Shown here one piece after another: positions 46,901 through 56,401 of a stretch of 64,000 nt of DNA. The stretch is from Firmicutes bacterium UBA5389 (GTDB taxonomy: Bacteria; Bacillota; DTU025), in the NCBI GenBank assembly GCA_002409965.1, contig DHON01000092.1:31322-95321 (forward strand), read 5' to 3'. The notes beneath the pieces were generated by a model. That model saw only the letters and a program-made list of their open reading frames with translations. It was not told where the DNA came from and searched no databases. Position 1 is the stretch's first letter; every line of letters begins with the position of its first letter. The translations under genes and the position numbers were made by a program.

Positions 46901-47700
46901 TTGAGGCCGGTCCGGGTCAGACGCTCCACATACCCGAACACCTCGCCCCTAGCCACCGCCTTCTTTTGCCCTTGCACCAGGCTGGACACGGGCTGAGCTG
47001 GGTCGGTGAACCAACGCCCGCGTATGGCGCCTTCGTCTGTCACGACACGTCGGCGCCTGCCCCGACGCTTCTCAGTTGCCGGCGACGGCGCAGGCAACTG
47101 AGGAGGCGCGCTCGCGGCATCAGCATCCGACGGCATGCACACATCATCCTCGGGCGGGTCCCGGGGCGCATCGAACTCGCCCACGTCTATCATGACCGCC
47201 ATTCTGACGCCGGCGACATGGTGGAGAGCATCCGAGATCAGGGATGCGCATCCGCGCTCTGCGAGTTTGGTCCGTTGCACCTCCCCCGGAACCTCTACGA
47301 TCATGCAGTCGCCGTCTATCCGGCACCTGGCTTGGCCAAGCCACACCCCTACGCTGGGAGCGCAATCGAGGACGCGCTCCACGACCCGTTCCCAGCAACG
47401 CTCCAATCCGCTGGCATCGACAGCCGCGGCTGCTGCAGCCAGCTTCACTTGCGCATCGCAGCGATCTCCCAGAATCTTGTGAAAAGCCAAACAGATCAGC
47501 TCACAGCACTCCTCGCTGAAAGCGGCAACGCCGGGGCTGGCCAGATGCACCACCCATTGGCCAGACTCCGGATGTATATCGATCTTCTCTATTCTGCTCG
47601 AAGACGGAATGGAATCGGGCGCGCTCATGCCGGCGCGTCTGAATATATATCCAAGCCCCGCCCGGTCGTCGGACGGAACCACCACGAGCGTTACAGACAA
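43981..47700 (-). CDS. polC: DNA polymerase III alpha subunit, PolC-type, without the exonuclease insert
   Basis: PolC N-terminal domain (IEKIDIHPESGQWVVHL), OB domain, PHP (VELHLHTKMS), PolC palm with Cys4 zinc finger (CANCQ...CPRCG) and C-terminal duplex-binding region. GMEGYLVDE is joined to HITILVRNEAGL by only about 12 residues, where Bacillus PolC carries a roughly 180-aa DEDD exonuclease. TTG start behind AGGAGGG. Confidence 0.9.
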   Translation of the reverse strand: MSVTLVVVPSDDRAGLGYIFRRAGMSAPDSIPSSSRIEKIDIHPESGQWVVHLASPGVAAFSEECCELICLAFHKILGDRCDAQVKLAAAAAAVDASGLERCWERVVERVLDCAPSVGVWLGQARCRIDGDCMIVEVPGEVQRTKLAERGCASLISDALHHVAGVRMAVMIDVGEFDAPRDPPEDDVCMPSDADAASAPPQLPAPSPATEKRRGRRRRVVTDEGAIRGRWFTDPAQPVSSLVQGQKKAVARGEVFGYVERLTRTGLKIVSFSITDREDSIMCKCFCDPEEPSFGLTEGQWARVRGEVQYDQYAREIVLAVSDIMPDSAPTRHDTSPDKRVELHLHTKMSAMDSVCEVEAAVRQAAAWNHPAVAITDHGVVQSFPEAFAAGEKHGVQIIFGMEGYLVDEITANDCPTHHITILVRNEAGLRDLYTLVSESHLKYFHRHPRIPRARLAQVRSNLLIGSACSAGELFRAALDGASDADLDRIALFYDYLEIMPAANDEFLIRSGRLRGIDDVQAITARIYGIGKRLGIPVAATGDVHFLEPADEAYRRVLMAGQGYDDADHQAPLYYHTTDEMLRDFAYLGEEARREVVIDNPRLIAGRAERIRPVPNQLATPEIEGADEDVRSRTYQRARELYGDPLPQIVQARLAREVSSIIGNGFAVNYDIAAKLVQKSVEDGYPVGSRGSVGSSLVATMCGITEVNPLPPHYLCANCQYSDFEHGAAVESGYDLPDSQCPRCGAKLGKDGQGIPFETFMGFEGDKVPDIDLNFSGEYQSVIHKYAEELFGADHVFRAGTIATIADKTAYGFVKAYCESRNLTLRNAEVARLARGCSGVKRTTGQHPGGVMIVPRGRDVHEFTPVQRPANDRNSDIVTTHFEYKTIHDCLLKLDLLGHDDPTMIKMLEDLTGMRADDVPMDDPATMSIFSGVEALGLDPRESGMAVGTVAVPEFGTKFVRGMLEATRPKSFGELVRISGLSHGTNVWLSNAQDLIESGVARLTDVIACRDDIMNRLISDGLPPKDAFRIMERVRKGKGLADGDDRLMAEHGVPEWYIDSCNKIRYMFPKAHAAAYVTMSFRIAYFKVHRPVEFYAAYFTIRASDFDSSIALMSVEEIMTALRDVNASQDATAREKSLATMMEAAAEAKMRGVAFLPVDIVRSCAAQFAIEEGSLRLPLVSVPSLGDAAAASVVQAREERRFSSILDLRERTRLTRSHIDTLRDTGALDGMPETDQLSLF

Positions 47701-47728
47701 ACCTAGCCCTCCTGATATCTCTTGAGCC

Positions 47729-48358
47729 TCAGTCCCAGTGCACTACGGTTTTCAAGACATCCCAGTACATTTTGACCCGTGAGGCCGCCCCTTTCACCGG
47801 GCCTAACTTCTCTTCCTTCATCACCTGGGTGAGCTGGGCAAGCTTTACCTCGACCACCCTCATCCCCACTTCTTTTGCATGCCGGGTGAGCAGCGCCTCG
47901 ATGCCAAATCCCGACTCGCCCAAGTCAAGGCCGTCGAACGCGCTGCGCCTCATCGCGCGCTGGCCCGACAGCCACGGAGTTATCGCCTGTGCCAGGTCGG
48001 TGGCCGGACGCCCATCCCCGAAGATCCCGACAGTCATGTCAGCCTGATCAGACAGCACCGGGTCGAGCAGGTTCTCCACGTGTTTGACCGTCAGGCCGAC
48101 CAGGTCTGCATCCAGGAAAAGCAGCACATCGGCCGGGGTAGACTGGATTCCGCGCGCAACGGCGCCTCCCTTGCCGCAATTGCGGTCCATGCGCACCACA
48201 TGCGCCCCATGGGCCGCTGCGACTTTCGCAGTATCATCATCTGAGCCGTCATCAACCACCAGTATCTCGTCCACCATTCTGCTCTGGCGGACTACATCCA
48301 GCACGGCGGCGATTCTGGGGCCTTCGTTGTATGCAGGCACTATCGCCGAGACGCGCAT
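47729..48358 (-). CDS. family-2 glycosyltransferase
   Basis: AIVPAYNEG...VVDDGSDDDT...LFLDADL (GT-A DxD). ATG 48358 behind GGGAGGTG. Confidence 0.6.
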   Translation of the reverse strand: MRVSAIVPAYNEGPRIAAVLDVVRQSRMVDEILVVDDGSDDDTAKVAAAHGAHVVRMDRNCGKGGAVARGIQSTPADVLLFLDADLVGLTVKHVENLLDPVLSDQADMTVGIFGDGRPATDLAQAITPWLSGQRAMRRSAFDGLDLGESGFGIEALLTRHAKEVGMRVVEVKLAQLTQVMKEEKLGPVKGAASRVKMYWDVLKTVVHWD

Positions 48359-48380
48359 GAAAAGCACCTCCCACAAATCC

Positions 48381-49460
48381 CTAGACGTGTTGCCCCGCCG
48401 CTTTGGCGGAAGCAGCCGCCCTTGCGGCTTCGACCAGCGCGGGCACCATCTCTGCTTCTCGGACACGGCGCACCACGCGTCCATTTGCGAATATCAACCC
48501 GACTCCGTTGCCGCACGCCAGCCCCACATCGGCGTCTCGCGCCTCGCCCGGGCCATTCACTTCGCAGCCCATCACGGCAACGGTGATCGGCACAGTGATG
48601 GTGGCGATCGCCTCTCGCACTGACGACACTATGCCCACTACATCCCCCCGCCGCCTGCCGCATGTTGGGCAGGAGACTATGACGGGCCCAAACGATCTGA
48701 GCTCCAGCGCGGTCAGGATTTCGCGACCGGCCGACACTTCGGCGACGGGGTCGCCGGTTAGGCTGACCCTTATGGTATCGCCGATGCCCTCGTCCAGGAT
48801 GACGCCGATCCCGACCGCCGACTTGACCAGGCCGCTCGGAGGCGGGCCTGCCTCGGTCACTCCCACGTGCAGCGGGTAATTCACCCCGGCTGCCAGCAGG
48901 CGGTAAGCTTGCACTGTGCGGGGAACATCCGATGCCTTGAGCGACACGACGATATCGTAGAACCCTTCCTGCTCCAAGAGGCCGATGTGGCCCAAGGCCG
49001 CCTCTACCATGGCGCGCGCTGTACGGCCGTACCTCTGCACAAGCTCACGAGGCAGAGAGCCCGAGTTGACGCCGATGCGTATCGGAATGCCCCTGTCGCG
49101 AGCAGCGGTCGCCACCTCGCGCACCCCCGCTGGGCTGCCAATGTTGCCCGGGTTGATCCTGAGCTTGTCGATGCCCACCTCAATGCACGCAAGCGCGAGC
49201 CTGCAGTCGAAGTGTATGTCGGCTACCAAAGGAATCTCCGTGGCTTTTCGAATCAGGCGAAGGGCGTCCACTGCCTCCGCGTTGGGCACTGCGATGCGCA
49301 CCAGCTCGCATCCGGCACTCTCAAGCGCGTTGATCTGTGCAATAGTCGCCTCTGCATCACGTGTATCGGTATTGGTCATTGACTGAACCGACACCGGGGC
49401 GCCGCCGCCAATGGGCACGCGCCCGGCCGATACCTGCCGTGTATTGTTTCGAGTAAACAT
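48381..49460 (-). CDS. ispG: 4-hydroxy-3-methylbut-2-enyl diphosphate synthase
   Basis: VQSMTNTDTRD and C-terminal [4Fe-4S] cysteines (CPTCGR). Confidence 0.9.
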   Translation of the reverse strand: MFTRNNTRQVSAGRVPIGGGAPVSVQSMTNTDTRDAEATIAQINALESAGCELVRIAVPNAEAVDALRLIRKATEIPLVADIHFDCRLALACIEVGIDKLRINPGNIGSPAGVREVATAARDRGIPIRIGVNSGSLPRELVQRYGRTARAMVEAALGHIGLLEQEGFYDIVVSLKASDVPRTVQAYRLLAAGVNYPLHVGVTEAGPPPSGLVKSAVGIGVILDEGIGDTIRVSLTGDPVAEVSAGREILTALELRSFGPVIVSCPTCGRRRGDVVGIVSSVREAIATITVPITVAVMGCEVNGPGEARDADVGLACGNGVGLIFANGRVVRRVREAEMVPALVEAARAAASAKAAGQHV

Positions 49461-49491
49461 AGTTAACGCACCATCCGGTCAAGAGCCAAAT

Positions 49492-50526
49492 TTAGCGCAC
49501 CACGAGCCGCGAAATATCGCTCACTGTAGCATATACCATGAGCAGCATGAGTAGCGCAAGACCCACGAATTTCAGAGCCTCCTCGATCTGGGGCGATAGC
49601 GGCCTTCCGCGAACCGCCTCCAGTGCGAGAAGGAGAATCCACCCTCCGTCAAGAATCGGCACCGGCATCAGGTTGAGCAACCCCAGGCTGGTGGAGATGA
49701 GGGCGATGAACATCATCAGGCTGGGAAGGCCCTGCTGCGCGGCTTGAGCTGACATTCCGGCGATGCCAAGGGGCCCCGACACCTCGGGCTTGGTCCTGCC
49801 GGATAGCACTGCCCAGAGCGAAGTGACAGTGGTATCGACGACCCCCCAAGTGTACCTGAGCGCTCCGCCCACAGTGCCTCGGGTTTCGGCCCTGACAGGC
49901 GACTCCGTCAGCCTCACGCCTATCCGTCCCACTCTGACCTGGGCATCGTAGTCAGGCACCACATACAACGTCTCTCGCTGTCCATCCCTCTGAACTTCCA
50001 CGTCCATGCGCCTACCCCAGCTGGCCGATATCGTGTTCACAAACCCGGCCACCGATGCCACAGGCCTGCCGTTGACGCTCACGATAGTATCGCCCGCCCG
50101 AAAGCCTGCGACCTCGGCGGGGCTTGCGTCCACCACATCCACGACCGTGGCCATGGGCACCCCGTAGGCGGAAAACAGGCCGGTCAGTATCGCCACAGCC
50201 AGCACGAAGTTCATGAGCGGCCCCGCCGCCACTATGAGTATCCTCTGCCAGAAGGGCCGGTTTACGAAGCTCGCAGGGTCGTCCGGGTCCGCCTGTTCCT
50301 CCGCAAGCTCCGAATCGTCCATGCCCGCCAGCCTACACATGCCGCCAAGAGGCAACGCGCGCACAGCGTAGAGCGTCTGACCCACTTGCCTCGCGAAAAG
50401 ACGGGGGCCAAACCCGAAGGCGAACTCGTACACTCGCACTCCGCACAGCCTCGCAGCCCCAAAATGGCCCAGCTCATGAACGAGCACTACCAGGCCAACT
50501 ACTACTATGAAAGCGAGCGCATACAT
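49492..50526 (-). CDS. rseP: RIP zinc metalloprotease RseP/RasP (site-2 protease with PDZ)
   Basis: HELGHF (HExxH), PDZ domain, NLMPVPILDGG. ATG 50526 behind GAGAGGTG. Confidence 0.85.
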   Translation of the reverse strand: MYALAFIVVVGLVVLVHELGHFGAARLCGVRVYEFAFGFGPRLFARQVGQTLYAVRALPLGGMCRLAGMDDSELAEEQADPDDPASFVNRPFWQRILIVAAGPLMNFVLAVAILTGLFSAYGVPMATVVDVVDASPAEVAGFRAGDTIVSVNGRPVASVAGFVNTISASWGRRMDVEVQRDGQRETLYVVPDYDAQVRVGRIGVRLTESPVRAETRGTVGGALRYTWGVVDTTVTSLWAVLSGRTKPEVSGPLGIAGMSAQAAQQGLPSLMMFIALISTSLGLLNLMPVPILDGGWILLLALEAVRGRPLSPQIEEALKFVGLALLMLLMVYATVSDISRLVVR

Positions 50527-51668
50527 ACGCCGCACCTCTCTTCCACCGACTGCCGGGCCCACCTATCTGCCAGAACGATATTGTCGAGCGACAGTTCCCC
50601 GCCGACAGCGCATTCGCGCATGACCTCGGCCACAACCGAAGCTATGCCTTGAAAACGGAGCGCGCCCCGGAGGAACAGGCCGACTGCCGCCTCATTTGCC
50701 GCCGACATGACTGCCGGCGCGATCCCGCCGCGACGTAGAGCCTCATGCCCGAGCAACACGCCGGGGAAGCGCTCTGTATCGGGGCGGGCGAAAGTCAGCG
50801 CCCTCAGCTGAGCGAAGTTGAGCTTCGTAGCGAGCCCTTCGCGCCTTGTGGGATACGTCAGCGCATACTGTATGGGAGTGCGCATGTCGGCCGCTCCCAT
50901 CTGGGCGATCACTGATCCGTCAGCGAATTCGACCATAGAATGCACAACGCTCTCGCGGTGCACGACAATCTCTATGATATCCGGGGAGACTTCGAAAAGC
51001 CAGTGGGCCTCCACCACTTCTAGTGCCTTGTTGATCATTGTGGCTGAATCCACCGATATCTTGGGCCCCATTCTCCAGTTGGGATGTGCGAGCGCTTCCT
51101 CCACGGCGACGTGCGATAGGTCGGCCCTGTCGCGAAACGGCCCTCCGGACGCAGTCAGTATGAGACGCGACAACTCGGGCCTGTCCAGCCCGGCTATGCA
51201 TTGCCAGATGGCCGAGTGCTCGCTGTCCACCGGCCTTATGGACACGCCCGCCCGCCGGGCGCGCTCCATAACGATGCCGCCGGCCGCTACGAGTGTCTCC
51301 TTGTTCGCCAGTGCCACGTCATGACCCGCGTCGATGGCCGCCAGAGTTGGATACACGCCGCCAAATCCCACGACCGCGTTGACCACGACACTGTGCTCCT
51401 CCATGGCGGCCAGCTCGCATATTCCGTCCATTCCCACGAGTAACCTCGGGGTCGGCGAAATCTCGCGCAACAGACTCTGCGCCTCGCCCGCCATCCGCTC
51501 ATCACCCACTGCACACGCAGCCGGCTTGAACTCCCGCGCCTGATCGGCCAGGAGACGGAGGTTGGACCAAGTAGAAAGCCCGCTCACGTCGAGGCCTAAA
51601 GACCTTGCCACATCGATTGTTTGGGCGCCCACAGAACCTGTGGAGCCCAGAATGCAGATTGCGCGCAT
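50505..51668 (-). CDS. dxr: 1-deoxy-D-xylulose 5-phosphate reductoisomerase
   Basis: ICILGSTGSVGAQTIDV (NADPH-binding) and central DXP-binding motifs. Confidence 0.9.
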   Translation of the reverse strand: MRAICILGSTGSVGAQTIDVARSLGLDVSGLSTWSNLRLLADQAREFKPAACAVGDERMAGEAQSLLREISPTPRLLVGMDGICELAAMEEHSVVVNAVVGFGGVYPTLAAIDAGHDVALANKETLVAAGGIVMERARRAGVSIRPVDSEHSAIWQCIAGLDRPELSRLILTASGGPFRDRADLSHVAVEEALAHPNWRMGPKISVDSATMINKALEVVEAHWLFEVSPDIIEIVVHRESVVHSMVEFADGSVIAQMGAADMRTPIQYALTYPTRREGLATKLNFAQLRALTFARPDTERFPGVLLGHEALRRGGIAPAVMSAANEAAVGLFLRGALRFQGIASVVAEVMRECAVGGELSLDNIVLADRWARQSVEERCGVCMRSLS

Positions 51669-51671
51669 AGC

Positions 51672-52715
51672 TTACTCCTTATCCAGCGGAAACACCGGCA
51701 GAATCACCGAATGCAGTATCGCCTTCATGAATATCACTGCCAGAGGCCCCATAATGAATCCACTCAAACCGAACAACTGCACCCCCACGTACACGGAAAC
51801 CAGAGCCACGAGGGGATGCAGATCGAGATTCCTGCCCATTACTCTGGCCTCGGCGACCTGCCTGACAGTGGAGCTGATCGCAAGCACTGCTATCAGGCCC
51901 ACGGCGTATCCGATATTCCCCGCTAGCACGTGATAGAGCGCCCACGGCAGAAACAGGGCCGATGGGCCTATCAGCGGCAGTATGTCCAGCGCTCCGCAGG
52001 CCAAGCCGAGCAGCCAGGCGTAGTTGACCCGCATCGCTGAGAGCCCGAGGATCGTAATGGCCGCGGTTATTGAAAGCAAGACGAATCGCGCCCGCAGAAA
52101 GCCTATGAACGCGGCCAACATCTCGCCTCGGATCTTGCCGAACTGCTTCCGCCATGCCTTAGGCAGAGCGGCGGCAGCGCGGGCAGACGCCGAGTAGAAG
52201 TCGCGCGACACGAAGAACGTGGCCACTACGCTGATCACAAAAGTCAAAGTGAGCTGCGGCAGGCGCCTGAGGAATCCCGCGAGGACTGCGATGACCGACT
52301 CGATGAACTCGACCGCTCTGCCTTCGTTCGCCTTTATTATGTCCAAGACCGGTTGGGGCAGCTCTTCGAAGAAATGGGCGGCACTGTCCGTCAGGTCGTC
52401 TACTATCCTGGTGAACGATCTGGACAGCCCCCCGATGTTCCGCGAAAGCTGGTCGATCTCGCGCGAGACTTCGCTTACGCCCACTGCCACCAGAAGGCCG
52501 AGAACCACTCCCAAGGCTGCCAAGACGATGAGAACTGCGATTGCGCGGGGCATCCGGAGCCTGCGTTCCAGAAAGCTCACGATAGGATCGATGAGGACGG
52601 CGATGAACAGCGCAACCAAGAACGGCGTGAACAGCGGCAGGACGAATCTGATCATTAGGTAAGCAGCGCAAGCTAGCACTCCCAGGGCAATGCCCGCCTT
52701 AGCATGGTTGCTCAT
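51672..52715 (-). CDS. AI-2E family transporter (YtvI-like sporulation integral membrane protein)
   Basis: 8-TM protein with AI-2E/PerM-like topology. ATG 52715 behind GGAGGTG. Confidence 0.6.
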   Translation of the reverse strand: MSNHAKAGIALGVLACAAYLMIRFVLPLFTPFLVALFIAVLIDPIVSFLERRLRMPRAIAVLIVLAALGVVLGLLVAVGVSEVSREIDQLSRNIGGLSRSFTRIVDDLTDSAAHFFEELPQPVLDIIKANEGRAVEFIESVIAVLAGFLRRLPQLTLTFVISVVATFFVSRDFYSASARAAAALPKAWRKQFGKIRGEMLAAFIGFLRARFVLLSITAAITILGLSAMRVNYAWLLGLACGALDILPLIGPSALFLPWALYHVLAGNIGYAVGLIAVLAISSTVRQVAEARVMGRNLDLHPLVALVSVYVGVQLFGLSGFIMGPLAVIFMKAILHSVILPVFPLDKE

Positions 52716-52731
52716 GCCGGCACCTCCGCGT

Positions 52732-53559
52732 TCACATCCCGCCCAAACCGGGTATAAGTAGGATGAGATAGTAGTATGCGACAGGACAAGCGAAGAAGAA
52801 TGAATCAAACCTGTCGAGCACCCCGCCGTGCCCGGGAAAGATCCAGCCCGTATCCTTGATTCCGGTATCGCGCTTCATGGCAGACTCGGCGAGATCGCCC
52901 AATTGACCGCAGGCGGCAATGGTCAGCGCCAGGATGATCGCGTGAAGCCAGTCGAGAGTGTACCACAGGCCGCTTGCGTCCCCCAGCGCCTTGAAAACGG
53001 CCGAGGCCAGCGCTGCCCAGACAAACCCGCCGATTGCCCCCTCGACGGTCTTCTTGGGAGACAGCCCGGGCGCAAGCTTACGCCGTCCGAATGCCTTCCC
53101 GGTGAAAAACGCTCCCATGTCGTTCATCCACACCGACACCACGAAGAGAAGAGCAAGGCCTAGCCCTGCATCTCCCAGAGAACACCGGATGAGGCAGAAC
53201 CGGCTCAATGTCCACCCGCAGTAAAGCGACCCAAACACCTCCAGGGCCGGTCCGCCCACTGAGTTGACCGGCCTGCCCCGGGCCACCTCAAGAAGGAGCG
53301 AGCCTAGGAGGATGAAAGCCAGTACGAGGCCGGAGAAACGACCGCCCCAGCGCATCGCGTCAACCACGAACATCGACGAAGCAACCACAATCAGCGGAGC
53401 ACTGGGCGACCACGCTTTCGTGCGGCACATCAGAGCGTATTCGTAGGCGCCGACCCCTGCCACCAGAAGCATCGTCACGGCAAGAGGAACGCCGCCGACC
53501 CACAGCACGAGAAGGCCAATGGGCGCGCCCACTAGGCCCACCAACACCCTTGCCTTCAA
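52732..53559 (-). CDS. cdsA: phosphatidate cytidylyltransferase
   Basis: C-terminal CTP-transferase signature: SAMKRDTGIKDTGWIFPGHGGVLDRFDS. Confidence 0.85.
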   Translation of the reverse strand: MKARVLVGLVGAPIGLLVLWVGGVPLAVTMLLVAGVGAYEYALMCRTKAWSPSAPLIVVASSMFVVDAMRWGGRFSGLVLAFILLGSLLLEVARGRPVNSVGGPALEVFGSLYCGWTLSRFCLIRCSLGDAGLGLALLFVVSVWMNDMGAFFTGKAFGRRKLAPGLSPKKTVEGAIGGFVWAALASAVFKALGDASGLWYTLDWLHAIILALTIAACGQLGDLAESAMKRDTGIKDTGWIFPGHGGVLDRFDSFFFACPVAYYYLILLIPGLGGM

Positions 53560-54254
53560 ACGCCATCACCCCCGAAGCGTCGGTGTCGCGATCTATACTC
53601 CCGTATGGCCTCCTTCAGGTGATCGGGAGTGAAATCAGGCCACAGAACGGGCGTAACGTACATCTCCGAGTAGGCGGACTGCCAGAGAAGGAAGTTGCTG
53701 ATCCTCCGCTCGCCGCCTGTGCGTATCAGAAGATCCGGATCGGGCTGGCCCGATGTGGACAGCCTCGATGACACCATCTTCTCGGTGATGTCGTCCGGAC
53801 GAACGCGCCCCGACTGAACGTCTCTGGCTATCGAACGCACAGACTGGATGATGTCCCACTTGCCCCCGTAATTCAGCGCGATGTTCACCGCCATCTTCCG
53901 GCCTGACCTGGTCAGCTCCTCGGAGCGCTCGACGACCGACTGAACGGATCCGGGAAGGCCGCTTTTCTCGCCTATAATGCGCACCTGAATCCCGTATCCC
54001 TCAAGGAGCTTCACCTCACGCAGGAAGAACTCCTCAAGCACCCGGAATATCCCCTGTATCTCCGCGGGTGGACGCTTCCAGTTCTCCGTGGAGAAGGCGA
54101 ACAACGTTAGGTACTTGGCGCCCATGTCCGAGGCGGCCAATACTATCGTCTTCGCAACCTCCGCTCCGACCCGATGCCCGTATAGTCGGGGTTTCCCTCT
54201 TTCCTGTGCCCATCTGCCGTTGCCGTCCATTATGATAGCTATATGCGAAGGCAC
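53556..54254 (-). CDS. uppS: isoprenyl transferase (undecaprenyl-diphosphate synthase)
   Basis: HIAIIMDGNGRWA and ALNYGG motifs. Confidence 0.9.
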   Translation of the reverse strand: MPSHIAIIMDGNGRWAQERGKPRLYGHRVGAEVAKTIVLAASDMGAKYLTLFAFSTENWKRPPAEIQGIFRVLEEFFLREVKLLEGYGIQVRIIGEKSGLPGSVQSVVERSEELTRSGRKMAVNIALNYGGKWDIIQSVRSIARDVQSGRVRPDDITEKMVSSRLSTSGQPDPDLLIRTGGERRISNFLLWQSAYSEMYVTPVLWPDFTPDHLKEAIREYRSRHRRFGGDGV

Positions 54255-54332
54255 GTTCGGGACTGCCTCCCTCCGAGCGCTGCGCGCGCTGTGTGCGATA
54301 TGCTCAAAAACGGCGCAGAGTGCCGCAAGTAT

Positions 54333-54360
54333 GCCATAAACCCCCTCGAAAGAGGGGGTG
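54333..54360 (-). terminator. intrinsic terminator downstream of frr
   Basis: Minus strand: CCCCCTC-tttc-GAGGGGG followed by TTTATGG. Confidence 0.6.
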
Positions 54361-54384
54361 TGACGCTTCTGCCATGGCAGAGAT

Positions 54385-54942
54385 CTACACCTGCATTATC
54401 TCAACTTCTTTTTCGGCCAGCATCTTGTCGACTTCGGATATGTACTTATCAGTCAGTTTCTGCGCTTCATCCTGCGCACGCTTGAGATCATCCTCTGTGA
54501 TGGTTTTCTCCTTCTCCATGGCGCGGAATTGCTCTATAGCATCGCGACGCACCGACCGCACCGCCACGCGCTTCTCCTCGGCAATTCTCCTGACCACCTT
54601 GACAAGGTCTCGGCGGCGCTCCTCCGTCAGATGAGGAATCGCCATCCGTATGACATTACCGTCGTTGGTCGGAACCAGCCCAACATCTGATTTGAGTATG
54701 GCCTTTTCGACTTTGCCGAGGACGGATTTGTCCCACGGAGTCACCACCAGAAGGCGCGGCTCAGGGGCCGACACGTTCGCTATCTGATTGAGCGGCGTTG
54801 GAGTATCGTAGTAATCCACGACGATTCTGTCGAGCAGCGCCGGGTTGGCTCTCCCAGTCCTCACGCCCGCGAACTCGCGGACTGTCGACTCGACCACGTC
54901 TTTCATCTTGTCTTCAGCCATGGACATTTCGTCCTTGTACAA
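54385..54942 (-). CDS. frr: ribosome recycling factor
   Basis: Full-length RRF: VRTGRANPALLDRI, IPHLTEERRRDLVK. Confidence 0.95.
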   Translation of the reverse strand: MYKDEMSMAEDKMKDVVESTVREFAGVRTGRANPALLDRIVVDYYDTPTPLNQIANVSAPEPRLLVVTPWDKSVLGKVEKAILKSDVGLVPTNDGNVIRMAIPHLTEERRRDLVKVVRRIAEEKRVAVRSVRRDAIEQFRAMEKEKTITEDDLKRAQDEAQKLTDKYISEVDKMLAEKEVEIMQV

Positions 54943-54944
54943 AC

Positions 54945-55658
54945 CTAATCCCTCCCGATGTAGGTTCCCACAGGCTCGCCTGCAAGCGCTCTTCTGATGT
55001 TGCCGTCGCGCAGCAGGTTGAACACCACTATTGGTATGTCGTTATCCATACACAGTGATGCCGCTGTAGAATCCATTACTGCTAGCCCGCGGTTGATAAC
55101 GTCGATGAACGATAGCTTGTCGAAGAGCGTCGCATCTGGGTTCTTCCGAGGATCGCAGTCGTATACTCCATCGACGCGCTTCGCCATGAGGATCGCATCT
55201 GCCTCTATTTCGGCCGCCCGCAGCGCCGCGGCGGTGTCGGTGGAGAAGAACGGGTTTCCGGTGCCTGCGCCGAAGATGACGACTCGTCCCTTCTCCATAT
55301 GTCTCATCGCTCTGCGGCGGATATGGGGCTCGGCAATCGCGCGTATCTCGATGGCCGTCAGCACCCTGGTGGGAATGTCGATATCTTCCAGCGCATCCTG
55401 AAGGACCACTGAGTTGATCACGGTGGCCAGCATGCCCGCGTAGTCGGCTGTGGTGCGATCCATGCCTCTCCGGCTCGCTTCGGCCCCACGCCATATGTTG
55501 CCTCCGCCTACCACTATGGCCATTTCCGCGCCCAGTGTATATGCGTCCGCAACCTGCTGAGCAATCCACTTAACTGAGTCAAAGTCAACTCCGGCTCTCT
55601 GGTCGCCGGCGAACGCCTCGCCTGAGAGCTTGAGCACTACCCGGGTGTACTTGGGCAT
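54945..55658 (-). CDS. pyrH: UMP kinase
   Basis: [13 protein letters not shown]...[10 protein letters not shown]. Start ATG 55658 or GTG 55664. Confidence 0.9.
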   Translation of the reverse strand: MPKYTRVVLKLSGEAFAGDQRAGVDFDSVKWIAQQVADAYTLGAEMAIVVGGGNIWRGAEASRRGMDRTTADYAGMLATVINSVVLQDALEDIDIPTRVLTAIEIRAIAEPHIRRRAMRHMEKGRVVIFGAGTGNPFFSTDTAAALRAAEIEADAILMAKRVDGVYDCDPRKNPDATLFDKLSFIDVINRGLAVMDSTAASLCMDNDIPIVVFNLLRDGNIRRALAGEPVGTYIGRD

Positions 55659-55730
55659 TTCCACAGCGATCACCCCTAATCCCGATTCGATACCTGCCGG
55701 TTTTCTCCTTCATGAGGCAATGACTTGCCG

Positions 55731-55771
55731 ACAACGAGAAAGGAGAGAACACCTCGGTGTTCTCCCCTCCC
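55731..55771 (-). terminator. intrinsic terminator downstream of tsf
   Basis: Minus strand: GGAGAACACC-gag-GTGTTCTC(t)CC followed by TTTCTCGTTGT. Confidence 0.6.
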
Positions 55772-55781
55772 TGCCATTCTG

Positions 55782-56387
55782 CTAGAGACTTTCCCCGCGC
55801 TCGAAGCGCACGAACCGCCTCACACTAATGTTCTCTCCGATGGTGCCGATGTTCTCGCCTATCAGATCAGCCACGGTCTTCTCGGGATCCCTGATGAAGG
55901 GCTGATCCAGAAGACAGACCTCCTGGTAGAACTTGGTCATCCTGCCCTGGACGATCTTGTCGGCGAACTTCTCCGGTTTGCCCTCGTTGATCGCCTGGGA
56001 ACGGTAGATCTCGCTCTCGCGCCGCACGAGCTCTTCCGGAACCTGATCGCGCGAAACATAGAGCGGACGAGACGCGGCAACCTGCATCGCCAGATCATGT
56101 ACCAAGGCCTGGAACTGCGCGTTCTTCGCTACGAAATCGGTCTCGCAGTTGACTTCGATCAGAACGCCAATCTTGCCGCCCATATGGATGTAGGCGTCGA
56201 CCATGCCTTCGCTGGTCTCTCTGCCGGCGCGTTTGGCCGCGGCAGCTAGGCCCTTCTCCCTGAGGACGATGATCGCCTTGTCCAGGTCGCCGAGGGTCTC
56301 AAGGAGTGCCTTCTTGCAGTCCATCATGCCCGCGCCCGTACGTTCCCGAAGGTCTTTGACCAAGGATGCGGTGATTTCCATTTGCAA
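55782..56387 (-). CDS. tsf: elongation factor Ts (short ~200-aa form)
   Basis: [24 protein letters not shown] (UBA-like N-terminus) and a single core domain. Confidence 0.9.
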   Translation of the reverse strand: MQMEITASLVKDLRERTGAGMMDCKKALLETLGDLDKAIIVLREKGLAAAAKRAGRETSEGMVDAYIHMGGKIGVLIEVNCETDFVAKNAQFQALVHDLAMQVAASRPLYVSRDQVPEELVRRESEIYRSQAINEGKPEKFADKIVQGRMTKFYQEVCLLDQPFIRDPEKTVADLIGENIGTIGENISVRRFVRFERGESL

Positions 56388-56401
56388 GCGTCCCTCCGTA
56401 C

